This document shows, piece by piece, positions 19,563 through 29,985 of a DNA stretch of 64,000 nt. Position 1 is the stretch's first letter. Every line of letters starts with the position of its first letter. Source of the stretch: Candidatus Hadarchaeum sp. (GTDB lineage: Archaea; Hadarchaeota; Hadarchaeia; Hadarchaeales; Hadarchaeaceae); the NCBI RefSeq assembly GCF_038871235.1, contig NZ_JAVZIN010000001.1:32001-96000 (forward strand), read 5' to 3'. The translations under genes and the position numbers were made by a program. Below the pieces are notes generated by a model. That model was not told where the DNA came from. It saw only the letters and a list, made by a program, of their open reading frames with translations, and did no database searches.

Positions 19563-21431
19563 ATGGCCAAGGAGAAGATTATCGGGATAGATCTCGGCAC
19601 CTCGAACAGCCAGGCCGCGGTCGTGATTGGAGGCAAGCCCACCATCATACCTTCTGCTGAGGGGGCCACCGTGGCCGGGAAGATGTTTCCCTCAGTGGTG
19701 GCGTTCACCAAGGACGGGCAGCTGCTGGTGGGAGAGCCGGCGAGAAGACAGGCTGTTTCCAACCCTGAAGGGACCGTTATCGGCGTGAAGAGAAAAATGG
19801 GGACGGACTACAGGTACAAAATTTATGGAAAGGAATACACTCCACAGCAGATCTCGGCTTTCATCCTGCAGAAGATAAAGAGGGACGCCGAGGCATTTCT
19901 CGGAGAGGAGGTCAAGAAGGCAGTAATCACCGTACCGGCTTACTTCAATGATAACCAGAGAACGGCGACCAAAGATGCCGGAACCATCGCCGGTCTGGAG
20001 GTGGTGAGGCTGGTCAACGAGCCCACCGCGGCGGCGATGGCCTACGGTCTGGACAAGGAAGGCGAGCACAAGATCCTAGTCTTTGACTTCGGCGGTGGCA
20101 CCCTTGATGTCACCATCATGGAGTTTGGTGAGGGGACTTTCACCGTTCTGTCGACCTCGGGAGATACCCAGCTCGGCGGCACCGACATGGACAACGCCAT
20201 CATCGATTGGATCGTGGAGAGGTTCCGGGAGCAGGAGGGCATCGATCTGAGGAAGGACAAGATGGCGATGCAGCGGATCAGGGAGGCCGCGGAAAAGGCC
20301 AAAATTGAGCTCTCCACCGTCCTTGAAACTGAAATAAACTTACCCTACATAACCGCGGACAAGGACGGGCCAAAGCACCTCTCCATGAAGTTGACCCGAG
20401 CCAAACTGGAGCAGCTGGTTGAACCCATCATCAACCGATGCATCGGTCCGATTGAGCAGGCGCTTGCCGATGCTAAGTTGACTAAGGATGATATTGACAA
20501 GGTGATACTGGTCGGGGGCCCCACGAGGATGCCCTGCGTCCAGAGGTTTGTGGAGGAGAAGATCGGCAAGAAGGTAGTGAGGGGGATTGACCCCATGGAG
20601 TGCGTTGCCATGGGCGCCGCCATTCAGGGGGCAATCTTGGCCGGGGACATCAAGGACATTGTTCTGCTCGATGTCACGCCGCTCACCCTAGGGATTGAGA
20701 CGCTAGGAGGTGTGATGACCCCAATCATCCCAAGGAACACCACGATACCGGTGAGGAAGAGCCAGATCTTCACCACTGTTTCAGATTTCCAGACGGCGGT
20801 AACTATCCACGTGTTGCAGGGAGAAAGGACGATGGCCGCCGACAACACCAGTTTGGGTAAGTTCAACCTCGTGGGCATTCCTCCCGCCCCCAGAGGGATA
20901 CCTCAAATCGAGGTCACCTTTGACATCGACGCTTCAGGGATTTTGCACGTCTCGGCGAAGGACCTCGGCACCGGAAAGGAACAGAAGATCACGATAACGG
21001 CATCGACGAAGCTTTCGGACAAAGAGATCGAGCGGATGATCAAGGAGGCCAAAGAGCACGAGGAGGAGGACCGGAGAAAGAAGGAGGAGGTTGAGTTAAG
21101 GAACAATGCCGACTCTCTTATCTATACCACGGAGAAGACCCTTTCCGAACTCGGGGAGAAGCTGAGCCAGGAGCAGAAAGAAAAGGTTGAGTCAGCGGTG
21201 AAGTCGCTCAAGACGGCGCTGGAGGGCAAGGACGTGGGCAAGATCAGGGAGGAGATGGAGAAATTACAGAAGGTACTGCAGGAGGCGGGAGCCGCCATCT
21301 ACCAAGAAGCGGCGCGAAGGTATGCTGAGGAGCAAGCCAAGCAAAAGGCAGGATCAGAAAAGGCGGAGGACAGGGAAAACGCAAAGAAAAAGGACAAAGT
21401 GATCGACGCCGACTTCAAGGTGAAAGAATAA
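19563..21431 (+). CDS. dnaK: Chaperone DnaK (Hsp70)
   Basis: [27 protein letters not shown]. Confidence 0.99.
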   Translation: MAKEKIIGIDLGTSNSQAAVVIGGKPTIIPSAEGATVAGKMFPSVVAFTKDGQLLVGEPARRQAVSNPEGTVIGVKRKMGTDYRYKIYGKEYTPQQISAFILQKIKRDAEAFLGEEVKKAVITVPAYFNDNQRTATKDAGTIAGLEVVRLVNEPTAAAMAYGLDKEGEHKILVFDFGGGTLDVTIMEFGEGTFTVLSTSGDTQLGGTDMDNAIIDWIVERFREQEGIDLRKDKMAMQRIREAAEKAKIELSTVLETEINLPYITADKDGPKHLSMKLTRAKLEQLVEPIINRCIGPIEQALADAKLTKDDIDKVILVGGPTRMPCVQRFVEEKIGKKVVRGIDPMECVAMGAAIQGAILAGDIKDIVLLDVTPLTLGIETLGGVMTPIIPRNTTIPVRKSQIFTTVSDFQTAVTIHVLQGERTMAADNTSLGKFNLVGIPPAPRGIPQIEVTFDIDASGILHVSAKDLGTGKEQKITITASTKLSDKEIERMIKEAKEHEEEDRRKKEEVELRNNADSLIYTTEKTLSELGEKLSQEQKEKVESAVKSLKTALEGKDVGKIREEMEKLQKVLQEAGAAIYQEAARRYAEEQAKQKAGSEKAEDRENAKKKDKVIDADFKVKE

Positions 21432-21448
21432 TTTCCCTTTAGATTAAT

Positions 21449-22555
21449 ATGACCAAGAAGGACTACTACGAGATCCTAGGGGTGAGCAGGGATGCCAGCC
21501 CCGAGGAGATAAAGAGGGCCTTTCGGCAGCTGGCTAGAAAGTACCATCCTGATGTCAATCCTGGGAACAAGGAGGCCGAGGAAAAGTTCAAGGAAATAAA
21601 CGAGGCCTTCCAAGTCCTAAGCGACCCGCAGAAGCGGGCCCAGTATGACCAGTTTGGCCACGCCGCCTTCAGACCTGAGGACTTGGCTGGCTTCAGGTGG
21701 CCGAGCTTCGATGACCTATTCAGGGATCTGGGCTTTGGTGACATCTTTGACGTTTTTTCCGGCTTTGAGGAGAGGGAACGGGCCAGAGAAGGGCGGGACC
21801 TGAGCCTAGAAGTGGAAATTTCACTGGAAGAAGCCTTCCGCGGGCTGACCACGACCATTGAGGTTCCTCATTTTTCCGAATGTTCGGCTTGCAATGGGAC
21901 GGGGGCAAAACCAGGATATCTGAAGAAGTGTAACAATTGCGGCGGCACCGGTGAAATCAGGAGGATCCAGAGAAGTGCTTTTGCTCAGGTCGTCAACATA
22001 ACCACCTGCCCCAGATGTCGGGGAACGGGAAAAGTGATCGAACGGCCCTGTGAGGCCTGCCGGGGAAGCGGTAAGGTCAAGAAGGTCAAAAAGATCGAGG
22101 TCAAGATTCCGAGGGGCGTCAGCGATGGACAGTATCTGAGGATCCCAGGTGAGGGTGAACCGGGTGAGCGGGGTGGTCCTCCGGGTGATCTCTACGTGGT
22201 GGTTAGGGTAAAAGAACACGAGATCTTTGAAAGACATGAAGATGACCTCTTCTGCCTGACCACGATAGACCTTGGCACCGCTATTTTTGGTGGGGAAGTT
22301 GAGGTGCCGACGATAAACGGAAAAGCTATCCTGAGGATTCCTCCCGGAACACAGAGCCACACTGTGTTCAGGCTGAGGGGTCTGGGAATGCCCAACGTCC
22401 GCACGGGAAGAAGAGGCGATCAGCTGGTAAAGGTGGTCGTAGAGATACCGGAAAGGGTACCGAAGGAGAAGGAGCCCTTGTTCAGGGAAATTTTCGAGAA
22501 AAAAGCGAAGACTAAGAGGGGGTTCTTCGAGAGATTGAGGGAGCGCGTCGGCTAG
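21449..22555 (+). CDS. dnaJ: Chaperone DnaJ
   Basis: J domain with HPD and four CxxCxGxG repeats. Confidence 0.99.
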   Translation: MTKKDYYEILGVSRDASPEEIKRAFRQLARKYHPDVNPGNKEAEEKFKEINEAFQVLSDPQKRAQYDQFGHAAFRPEDLAGFRWPSFDDLFRDLGFGDIFDVFSGFEERERAREGRDLSLEVEISLEEAFRGLTTTIEVPHFSECSACNGTGAKPGYLKKCNNCGGTGEIRRIQRSAFAQVVNITTCPRCRGTGKVIERPCEACRGSGKVKKVKKIEVKIPRGVSDGQYLRIPGEGEPGERGGPPGDLYVVVRVKEHEIFERHEDDLFCLTTIDLGTAIFGGEVEVPTINGKAILRIPPGTQSHTVFRLRGLGMPNVRTGRRGDQLVKVVVEIPERVPKEKEPLFREIFEKKAKTKRGFFERLRERVG

Positions 22556-22621
22556 CGTTCCGTCTTCTGCCCCTGCAGGAAAAGAGATTAAATTAAGCGG
22601 GTTCTATTTTTAGCTGATTTC

Positions 22622-23809
22622 ATGTATTTGACGAAGGACCAAGAACGCATGCTCTCGGGCGAGGAGGGTGAGGTCGTCGAGAGGATGTTCCGGCTGCTGG
22701 TGCGGCTGGGGGATATCTACGGTGCCGACCGCATGATTCCCATCGCCTCGGCTCAAGTCGCCGGTGTTTCCTATAAGTCGATTGGAGACCCGGGCCTCGA
22801 GTTCTTGGAGGATATAGCAGCCAAGGGCGCCAAGGTAAGAATTCCCACGACGCTGAACCCCCCCGGCATGGACCTCGTTGACTGGAGGGAGCTTGGCTTT
22901 CCGGAGGATTTCGCCGAGAAGCAGTTGCGAATAATGGAGGCCTTCAGGAAGATGGGCATCATGATGACCGCGACCTGCACCCCATATCTCGTGGGAAATT
23001 TACCGCGCTTCGGGGAGCACATCGCTTGGTCGGAGTCCTCGGCGGTTTCCTTTGCCAACTCAGTGATCGGAGCGCGGACGAATCGGGAGGGTGGACCTTC
23101 AGCGCTGGCGGCGGCCATCTGCGGACTGACGCCCAACTACGGCTTGCACCTTGACGAAAATAGGAAACCTAGCTACCTGATTGAGGTCAAGGCCGAGTTG
23201 AGGAACACCTCAGATTTCGGTGCTCTGGGTTATCATGTGGGTAAGATCGTCAAGGATAAAATTCCTTATTTCCGGGGCATTAGGGAGGCAGATGTGGACC
23301 AGCTGAAGGCGCTGGGAGCGGCAATGGCGGCCTCAGGGGCCGTAGCACTCTACCACGTCGAGGGAATTACTCCCGAGGCCAAACAGATGGATATCTCGGG
23401 CTTGGAGAGGGTTGAAGTTGGAGAGCAGGAGCTCCGTGCGGCTTATGAGAAGCTCAACACTGGTTCGAGCCCGGACATCGTCATCCTCGGTTGCCCCCAT
23501 GCCTCGCTTAAAGAGATCGCGACGCTGGCCAGCAAGCTGGAGGGGAAAAGACTCAGAAAGCCGGTTTGGATCTGTACCTCGCGTGCAACCAAAGAGGCGG
23601 CAACCAGAATGGGGCTGACGGGAGCCATAGAGGCGGCCGGAGGAAGGGTTGTTGCCGACACCTGCACCGTGGTTTCACCGATCGAGCGAATGGGTTACCG
23701 GACCGTCGGAGTCGACTCCGGGAAGGCGGCGAACTACCTCCCGGGGTTCTGCAAGCAACAGGTGGTCTTCAAGAGCCTTGATGAATTGCTGGAGGAAATG
23801 ATGGCATGA
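22622..23809 (+). CDS. Aconitase X catalytic subunit (phosphomevalonate dehydratase large subunit)
   Basis: GVSYKSIG, TCTPY, WSESSA, GARTNREG, GCPH and DTC motifs. Confidence 0.92.
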   Translation: MYLTKDQERMLSGEEGEVVERMFRLLVRLGDIYGADRMIPIASAQVAGVSYKSIGDPGLEFLEDIAAKGAKVRIPTTLNPPGMDLVDWRELGFPEDFAEKQLRIMEAFRKMGIMMTATCTPYLVGNLPRFGEHIAWSESSAVSFANSVIGARTNREGGPSALAAAICGLTPNYGLHLDENRKPSYLIEVKAELRNTSDFGALGYHVGKIVKDKIPYFRGIREADVDQLKALGAAMAASGAVALYHVEGITPEAKQMDISGLERVEVGEQELRAAYEKLNTGSSPDIVILGCPHASLKEIATLASKLEGKRLRKPVWICTSRATKEAATRMGLTGAIEAAGGRVVADTCTVVSPIERMGYRTVGVDSGKAANYLPGFCKQQVVFKSLDELLEEMMA

Positions 23810-24195
23810 AGGGACGGATGATTAGCCCTGGAAAGGCGGCTGGTGAGGCCTTGGTTTCGAGATCCCCGCTCAGCTTCTACGGTGGCATCGATCCCAAGAC
23901 AGGAATAGTCATTGAAAAAGGTCACGAGCTTGAGGGTGAGTGTGTCAAGGATAAAATTCTGGTTTTCCCTCAGGGAAAGGGTTCAACCGTGGGCTCCTAC
24001 GTCATTTACGGGTTGAAGAAGAACGGCGTGGCCCCGGCGGCAATAGTGAATCAGGAAACGGAAACCATCGTGGCGACGGGAGTCATCTTGGCCGGGATAC
24101 CCTGTGTCGACAAAATTGATATAAATAAAATCAGGACCGGAGACAAGCTGGTGGTCGACGCCGACAACGCGACCGTGGAGCTAGTTCAAGGCTGA
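23806..24195 (+). CDS. Aconitase X swivel subunit (DUF126; phosphomevalonate dehydratase small subunit)
   Basis: SFYGGIDPKTG and GKGSTVGSY; ATGA overlap with the large subunit. Confidence 0.92.
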   Translation: MKGRMISPGKAAGEALVSRSPLSFYGGIDPKTGIVIEKGHELEGECVKDKILVFPQGKGSTVGSYVIYGLKKNGVAPAAIVNQETETIVATGVILAGIPCVDKIDINKIRTGDKLVVDADNATVELVQG

Positions 24196-24204
24196 TTTAA
24201 TTTG

Positions 24205-27200
24205 TTAGATTTTCTTGGATAGCCTGTCCAATATAATACCGACCGCTATCACCAAGAAGACCAGAATCAGGCCGGGGATTATGATCAATTCCAGAGGCAC
24301 AGGTGGCACCCCCAGAGGCGGCACGGTTGGCTGAGGTGCTGTAGGTTTGGGAGTTGGCGTCGGGGATGGGGTTGGTGTTGGCGTGGGCGTTGGAGTTGGT
24401 GTGGGGGATGGGGTTGGGGTAGGTGTAGGTGTGGGCTGGGGCGGTGCGAGCGGTGGAGTGGGACTTCCAAAGATGCCGAACAGCGTCAGGTGGTTGACCC
24501 ATCCCGAAACGGTGTTGTTCGCCGTATCTACGACGATGTTATCACAAGGATGCCAAGCGTTGTCGGTCGAACTCCACCAGTAGATCTTCAGCGAGGTCTC
24601 GTCCATTCCCGCCACATCTTCATCGGTGTAGTGGAAGGTGATACGTATGTTTTCCGCTATGTTCTCAGAAGTGCTTATATCCACAAACAACCCCGCCTGA
24701 AGCAAGCCCTCAGGAAGAGTAACCCCGGAGAGGTTCGTTATCACGGTTATCGAGACCTCACCGGCTTGAGCAGCGTCCAAGGTGATGTCGGCCACGCTCG
24801 ATAAGCTGACAGTATTAGTTCCTTGTACGACATTCTGAGACGTCTGTTTTGAAACGGTATTTTCAAAGGGAGCCGTGAGCCAAAGCGCGTAGTTCACGTT
24901 CGCGCTGACGTTGTCTCCTGTGCCCGGACCGACTCCGCCCGGCCCGCTGGAGTGACCCCACCAGTTGTAGCGGGCGTTGAGTTCTCCATCACCACCGTTG
25001 TAGATCCCGTAGTTACCCGCTTTGGAGTTGCCGACGATGTCATTGTGGTTCACAGTTATTCCCGTGCTGTTAACTCCAGTCTCAACGTGAATCCCAGAGC
25101 CCACCTCTGTGTTGTTTGTGATGCGGTTGAAGCGAATTATGGCAAATGAGGTGCTCCCATCAATATATATTCCGTGGGCATTGTTGTCGATGTAGTTATT
25201 CTTGATGAAGTTCCTGTAAGAATTGTTCAGATAGATACCGTAGCTGGAGTTGTTTGAACATGTGTTTTTGAGGATATTCGTTTTTTCAAAGCTTTGTATG
25301 TAGATGCCGTAGTAGTTGTTCTTGCACGTGTTGTTTTCAATGGTGGCGTTGTCCTCGGTTCCATCCGAATACACGTAGATGCCGTAACCGTTGGTGTTGT
25401 TATTGCTGTCGTTGTTCCTGAGAATAGCGTTGGACACGCCGTAAGCGTATTCCAAGTAGATACCACCGTCATTGTTGTTCTCGCAAGTGTTGCTCACAAG
25501 TACTGCGTTGTCTGAGGAATCTCCAGAATATATGTAGATCCCGTAGTCGTTGTTGGGGCATGTGTTGTTCTTGAGGGTGGAGCTGAGTAGGGGGTATGCC
25601 GCTATATATATGCCATCGTAGTAGTTGCCCTCGCAGGTATTGTTCTCGAGCGTGGCACTTTCGGAAAAGCTCTCCGAATATATATAAATACCATAGCCGT
25701 CGTTGTTTGAGCATGTGTTTTTGTTTATCGTGACAAGTGATAGGTAGTCACAACCTATGTAAATACCATCCCCACCCCCCTCGCCTTCACCGTTATAATT
25801 ACAAATGTTGTTCTCGATGGTGGCGTTGTCTATGGGCACATAAGAATGCCAAGAACCCAAGAAGATGCCTTCGTAGTAGTTGTTGGAGCATACATTATTG
25901 CTCAAGGTGAGGTTAGAGAGTGAATCATAGCTCCTTACGTGGATACCGTGCCAATCATTGTTGGAGCAAGCATTGTTCATGACGATGATGTTTGATAAGA
26001 AATTGGAGCTTCTTATGTGGATGCCATTCAAATCATTGAATTCGCAGGTGTTGTTTTCAAGTGTGATGCCGTCGCAGGATGTTGGATATATGCCGATGCC
26101 AGAATAAACGTTGTTAGAGCAAGTGTTGTTGTCGAGTATAGCGTTTGAAAGAGAATTGCACCCTATGTATATGCCGTAACCGTTAAGGTTGTTAGAGGAT
26201 GTGTTGTTCCTGATGGTGACGTAAGACAGGTCACCATTTGTGTTCAGGTAGATTCCATGGGAGCCGTTGCCCTCGCAGGTGTTGTTCTCTAGCGTGGCTT
26301 CGACCTGAGAGTCAGAATATATGCAGATTCCGTAGCCGTTGGTGTTGTTGGAGCACGTGTTGTTGTACAAGGTGTTGTTTGTGGAGTAGTACAGCTCGAT
26401 GCCATTAGCGGAGTTATATTCGCAGGTGTTGTTCTCGACGATGGTGTTATCTGAGTGCTCCAAGCAGATACCATCGCCGGAGTTGTGTGAGCACACGTTA
26501 TTCCTGATAGTGGCGTAGGACAATGTTACTACGGAGGGATAGGATAGATAGATGGCGTGGCTGGAGTTATATTCGCAGGTGTTGTTTTCAATAGTGGCGC
26601 TCTCCGAAGATCCAACTGAAAATACGTAGATGCCATAGCCGGAGTTGTTTGAGCAAGTGTTTTTGTTCAATGTTGCGTTGAGCAGAGGAGCCGAGCTGTA
26701 ATATATGTAGACTCCGTATGAGTTATATTCGCAGGTATTGTTTTCAAAGACAACGTTGTTCGAAGATTCACTCGATGACAAGTAAATGCCGTAGCCATTG
26801 ATATTGTTCGAGCAAGTGTTGTTTCTGAACGTGGCATTGAGTAGGGTGGTGGAGGAGTAATCTACATATATGCCTGAGGAACCGTTGCCCTCACATAGAT
26901 TGTTCTCGAGAACGACGTTGTCCGAGGATTCATCCGCGTATATGTAGATGCCGCTGTCGTTGTTATAATCGCATGTGTTGTTGTCTATGACGTTATAGTC
27001 TGAATCATTCAGGAAGATGCCGTAGCCACTGGTGTTATTGGAGCATGTGTTGTTGATCAGGTTATCGTGGGACGAGGACTCCATGTAAATTCCGCAGCTG
27101 ATGTTGTTCGAGCAAGTGTTGTTCTCAATGATGATTTCTACCGAGTTGTATATGTACATGCCGTAGTCGTTATTCTCGCAAGCATTGTTGGTCAGGTTAT

Positions 27201-27601
27201 CGTAAGACGAGTAGTGTGAGTAGATGCCGTAATTGTTGTTTGTGCAGGTGTTGTTCTCGATTTTTCCATTCCTAACGTTATACAAGTAGATTCCGTGGTG
27301 GGAAACTCCTCCGTTCTCGATCAAGCAGTTCCGGATGACAAAATATTTAGTCGTGTTTTCGATCCATATTCCGTGTGCGCTCGACGCGTCGATGGCCCAG
27401 TTTTCGATGATGTAAGGATCGTCAACGGTGCCAGAGCCGCCGCCGTTGACGCCGTTCTCCGGGTTAAAAAAAATCGTCGTTCTCAATGAAGATCGGTCCC
27501 CGTGATGAAGGTTGAGCTTGGGATTTAGGAAGAAAGGTAAGTATCAGCAACGTAAAGAGACAAATTGTCCCCAAATAAGGGATCAAAAGCCTCTTGTTCG
27601 T
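24205..27601 (-). CDS. Large parallel beta-helix (NosD/CASH-like) cell-surface protein with Pro/Thr linker and C-terminal TM anchor; frameshifted near the 5' end (possible pseudogene or phase-variable gene)
   Basis: Dozens of NNTCxxN-xxGIY coils, NWWG motif, PTPT linker, TM helix and KK tail. A signal-peptide frame at 27601-27464 joins the main ORF if one T is removed from the T8 tract. Confidence 0.8.
24340..24445 (-). repeat. Low-complexity (Pro-Thr)n linker repeat
   Basis: Degenerate GGT/GGG/TGT hexamer repeats encoding PTPTPTPTPSPTPTP. Confidence 0.9.
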
Positions 27602-27951
27602 GGCTTAACCTCCTCCTTTAAGCTACAGCTCGGAATTGCTAGGCGAGCATTCGGAGTTTTCGTAGCTATGGAGTGGATGCGGCTAGGCGATAGAAAGATC
27701 AATGGTAGTGGTCCGACCGCGGCAAAAATCATCTTATTGATATACACGTTTCCAGATCTTTACCTTTTACGTATTTATTTATGAAAGAAGAACTATTTAA
27801 GGAGGTGAGTAGTTAACTTTGACCAAAATTTGGCACAAGAATAATCCTTAGACCAACGTAGTTTAAATGACGCATTAATAAAGGTTTCAATTAACATCTA
27901 ATTGAGATTTTCTAGACTGCCCGCTATCTTCGGGTTGTCAAAAATTAAAAA

Positions 27952-29136
27952 TTACAGCTTTTTGGCGAACTCCTTCCCGAACTCGAAGCTCCTCTGCAGC
28001 TCCTCTTTGTTCGGCACCCAGTTGACGGATAATCCCGGCAGGACCAGCTTCATCCCCGCCTTCGTCAGCGATTCTTCGATGTGCTTCACCGCCCCGCCGC
28101 CCCAGCCGTAGGAGCCGAAGGCCGCGGCCACCTTACCTCGCGGTTTCAGGCCCACCAGATCCTCAAGGAAGGGTGCCACCGTCGGTAAGATGCCGTTGTT
28201 AATGGTGCCCGAGCCCACCACCAGCCCCCGGGCGTCGAGGAGTTCCTTGACGACATCGCTGCGGTCGGAGCAGGGAAGCCGGAACAGCATCACCTCCACC
28301 CCCTCGCTCCTCAGCCCCTCGACCATCGCTTTGGCCATCTTCTCGGTGCTGCCCCACATCGTGTCGTAGACGACCAGCACCTTTCTCTTCGCTTCACCCT
28401 TGGCCCAGCTGATGTAAGCTTGGACGATCTTCATCGGGTCCTTTCTCCAGATGACCCCATGGCTGGGCGCGATCATGTTGATCTTTAACCCAAGTTTCTG
28501 AATTTCCTCAATCTTCCTCAGGATCAGGGTGCTGAAGGGCCAGAGGATGTTGGCGTAGTACTTGGCGGCCTCGGCCATCAGCACTGCCTCATCTACCTCG
28601 TCGTCAAAACGGCCCGAGGAGGCGAGATGCTGGCCGAAGGCGTCGTTGGGCAGCAGCAGCGCGTCCTTCTCGATGTAAGTAAACATGCTGTCGGGCCAGT
28701 GCAGCATCGGCGCCTCAATGAACTTCAAGGTCCTGCTGCCGAGGTTGAGCTCATCCCCTGTCTTGACCACCTGAAAGTCCCAGTTACCGAAGTAGTGCTT
28801 CTCCAGACCTGCCTTGCACCTGGCCGTGCCGATGACCTTGGCCCGTGACGCGTGTTTCAGGACCTCGGCAATCGCTCCGGAGTGGTCGGTCTCCACGTGG
28901 TTGGCGATGATGTAGTCTATCTTTGCGGGGTCGACCACCTCCTTTATCCTCTCCATCATCTCCCCGGCGAACGGACCGTAGACGGTATCCACCAGGGCGA
29001 TCTTCTCATCCAGAATCAGGTAGGCATTATAGGTCGTGCCGCGGTGGGTGGTGTAGGTGAAACCATGGAAGTTTCTAATATTCCAGTCCACGGCCCCGAC
29101 CCAGTAGATGTCCTCCAAAACTTTAACCGGTGGCAT
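27952..29136 (-). CDS. fprA: Flavodiiron protein (FprA/ROO; O2/NO reductase)
   Basis: GTTYNAYLI, NHVETDHSG, LHWPD, DAFGQH and a flavodoxin domain (YDTMWGSTE, FGSYGWGG). Confidence 0.95.
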   Translation of the reverse strand: MPPVKVLEDIYWVGAVDWNIRNFHGFTYTTHRGTTYNAYLILDEKIALVDTVYGPFAGEMMERIKEVVDPAKIDYIIANHVETDHSGAIAEVLKHASRAKVIGTARCKAGLEKHYFGNWDFQVVKTGDELNLGSRTLKFIEAPMLHWPDSMFTYIEKDALLLPNDAFGQHLASSGRFDDEVDEAVLMAEAAKYYANILWPFSTLILRKIEEIQKLGLKINMIAPSHGVIWRKDPMKIVQAYISWAKGEAKRKVLVVYDTMWGSTEKMAKAMVEGLRSEGVEVMLFRLPCSDRSDVVKELLDARGLVVGSGTINNGILPTVAPFLEDLVGLKPRGKVAAAFGSYGWGGGAVKHIEESLTKAGMKLVLPGLSVNWVPNKEELQRSFEFGKEFAKKL

Positions 29137-29245
29137 GCAAACTTCCAAAGCTAATTAATTTCCTGAGGATAAATGTCTTGCTCTGCGTGGATTAGTTCAC
29201 CGTTAATGGTTAAGGAGCCGCGAGAGAAGTGGGTTCGGTGATATA

Positions 29246-29482
29246 ATGACTGGGCCGGCGGAGAGCAAGATAGAAATTCCAGCGAAAGTTTACATCCACA
29301 AGCGAGACCCGCTCACGCGCTCGAAGATCCCCCACATCGACATCGAGGCACCAATCTTGAATGAGATCATAAGACCGAATGAGTCCACCTACGCCAGCGG
29401 CAAAGAGGGCGGGGTCTTCATAGGACTGAAGCGCGAGATGTTGGCCAGGCTGGAGCGCCTATTTGAGGAGCTGGAAAAATAA
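29246..29482 (+). CDS. Small hypothetical protein
   Basis: 78 aa, GGTGA Shine-Dalgarno-like motif before the ATG, coding-like composition. Confidence 0.65.
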   Translation: MTGPAESKIEIPAKVYIHKRDPLTRSKIPHIDIEAPILNEIIRPNESTYASGKEGGVFIGLKREMLARLERLFEELEK

Positions 29483-29514
29483 AAGGATTAATAGCGCTAG
29501 GAAAGATTTAGCTT

Positions 29515-29589
29515 GGGCCCGTGGTCCAGTGGTCAAGACACTACCCTCACACGGTAGATACCGGGGTTCGAATCCCCGCGGGCCCACCA
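29515..29589 (+). tRNA. tRNA-Val(CAC), intronless, CCA encoded
   Basis: GGGCCCG/CGGGCCC acceptor stem, CTACC-CTCACAC-GGTAG anticodon arm, TTCGAAT T-loop. Confidence 0.95.
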
Positions 29590-29662
29590 GAGACTGCGCG
29601 CGTGCTTTATGACTCCTGGGGAAGCCACGCTCGACAGATTTTGACGAGAACGAGGCGAGATC

Positions 29663-29950
29663 ATGAGGCATTTTCCCCTCTGGTGGGTCATCCATACCGA
29701 TGAGGAGAGGAGAAGATTGAAGAAAGAAATCTCCAAATGCGGCATAAGGGAGCCCATCAAGGTTTCGAAAATCGGCGGCGTCATCATCGATGGAAATTTG
29801 CGCTATGAAATTGCCCGGGAGCTTGGAATTGAAGTTCCGTTCACCTACGCCAGCGTTAGCGATTGGTTTTATCTCGCTTTCCTGAACACGAAGCGTTTGT
29901 TAAGAGTTCTCTACTTGAAAATGAAGAAATCAACAGGATCGTCTCGATAA
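29663..29950 (+). CDS. Small ParB/Srx N-terminal-domain protein, possibly a remnant
   Basis: EISKCGIREPIKV...IIDGNLRYEIARELG matches the ParB-N pattern. Confidence 0.65.
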   Translation: MRHFPLWWVIHTDEERRRLKKEISKCGIREPIKVSKIGGVIIDGNLRYEIARELGIEVPFTYASVSDWFYLAFLNTKRLLRVLYLKMKKSTGSSR

Positions 29951-29985
29951 AGATTTGGACTGATAGGACCAAGTGATCTGAGAGC

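Noticed and set aside
25200-27330. AAC-rich repeated segments as a DGR template/variable pair or a CRISPR array
   Set aside because: The repeats are in-frame Asn-rich beta-helix coils. There is no reverse transcriptase, no adenine-specific mismatch pair that I could see, and no constant repeat-spacer period.
28149-28159. GGCCCACCAGA matching the tRNA-Val 3' end
   Set aside because: It lies inside the intact fprA coding sequence and on the wrong side of the tRNA for an att duplication, so it is probably chance.
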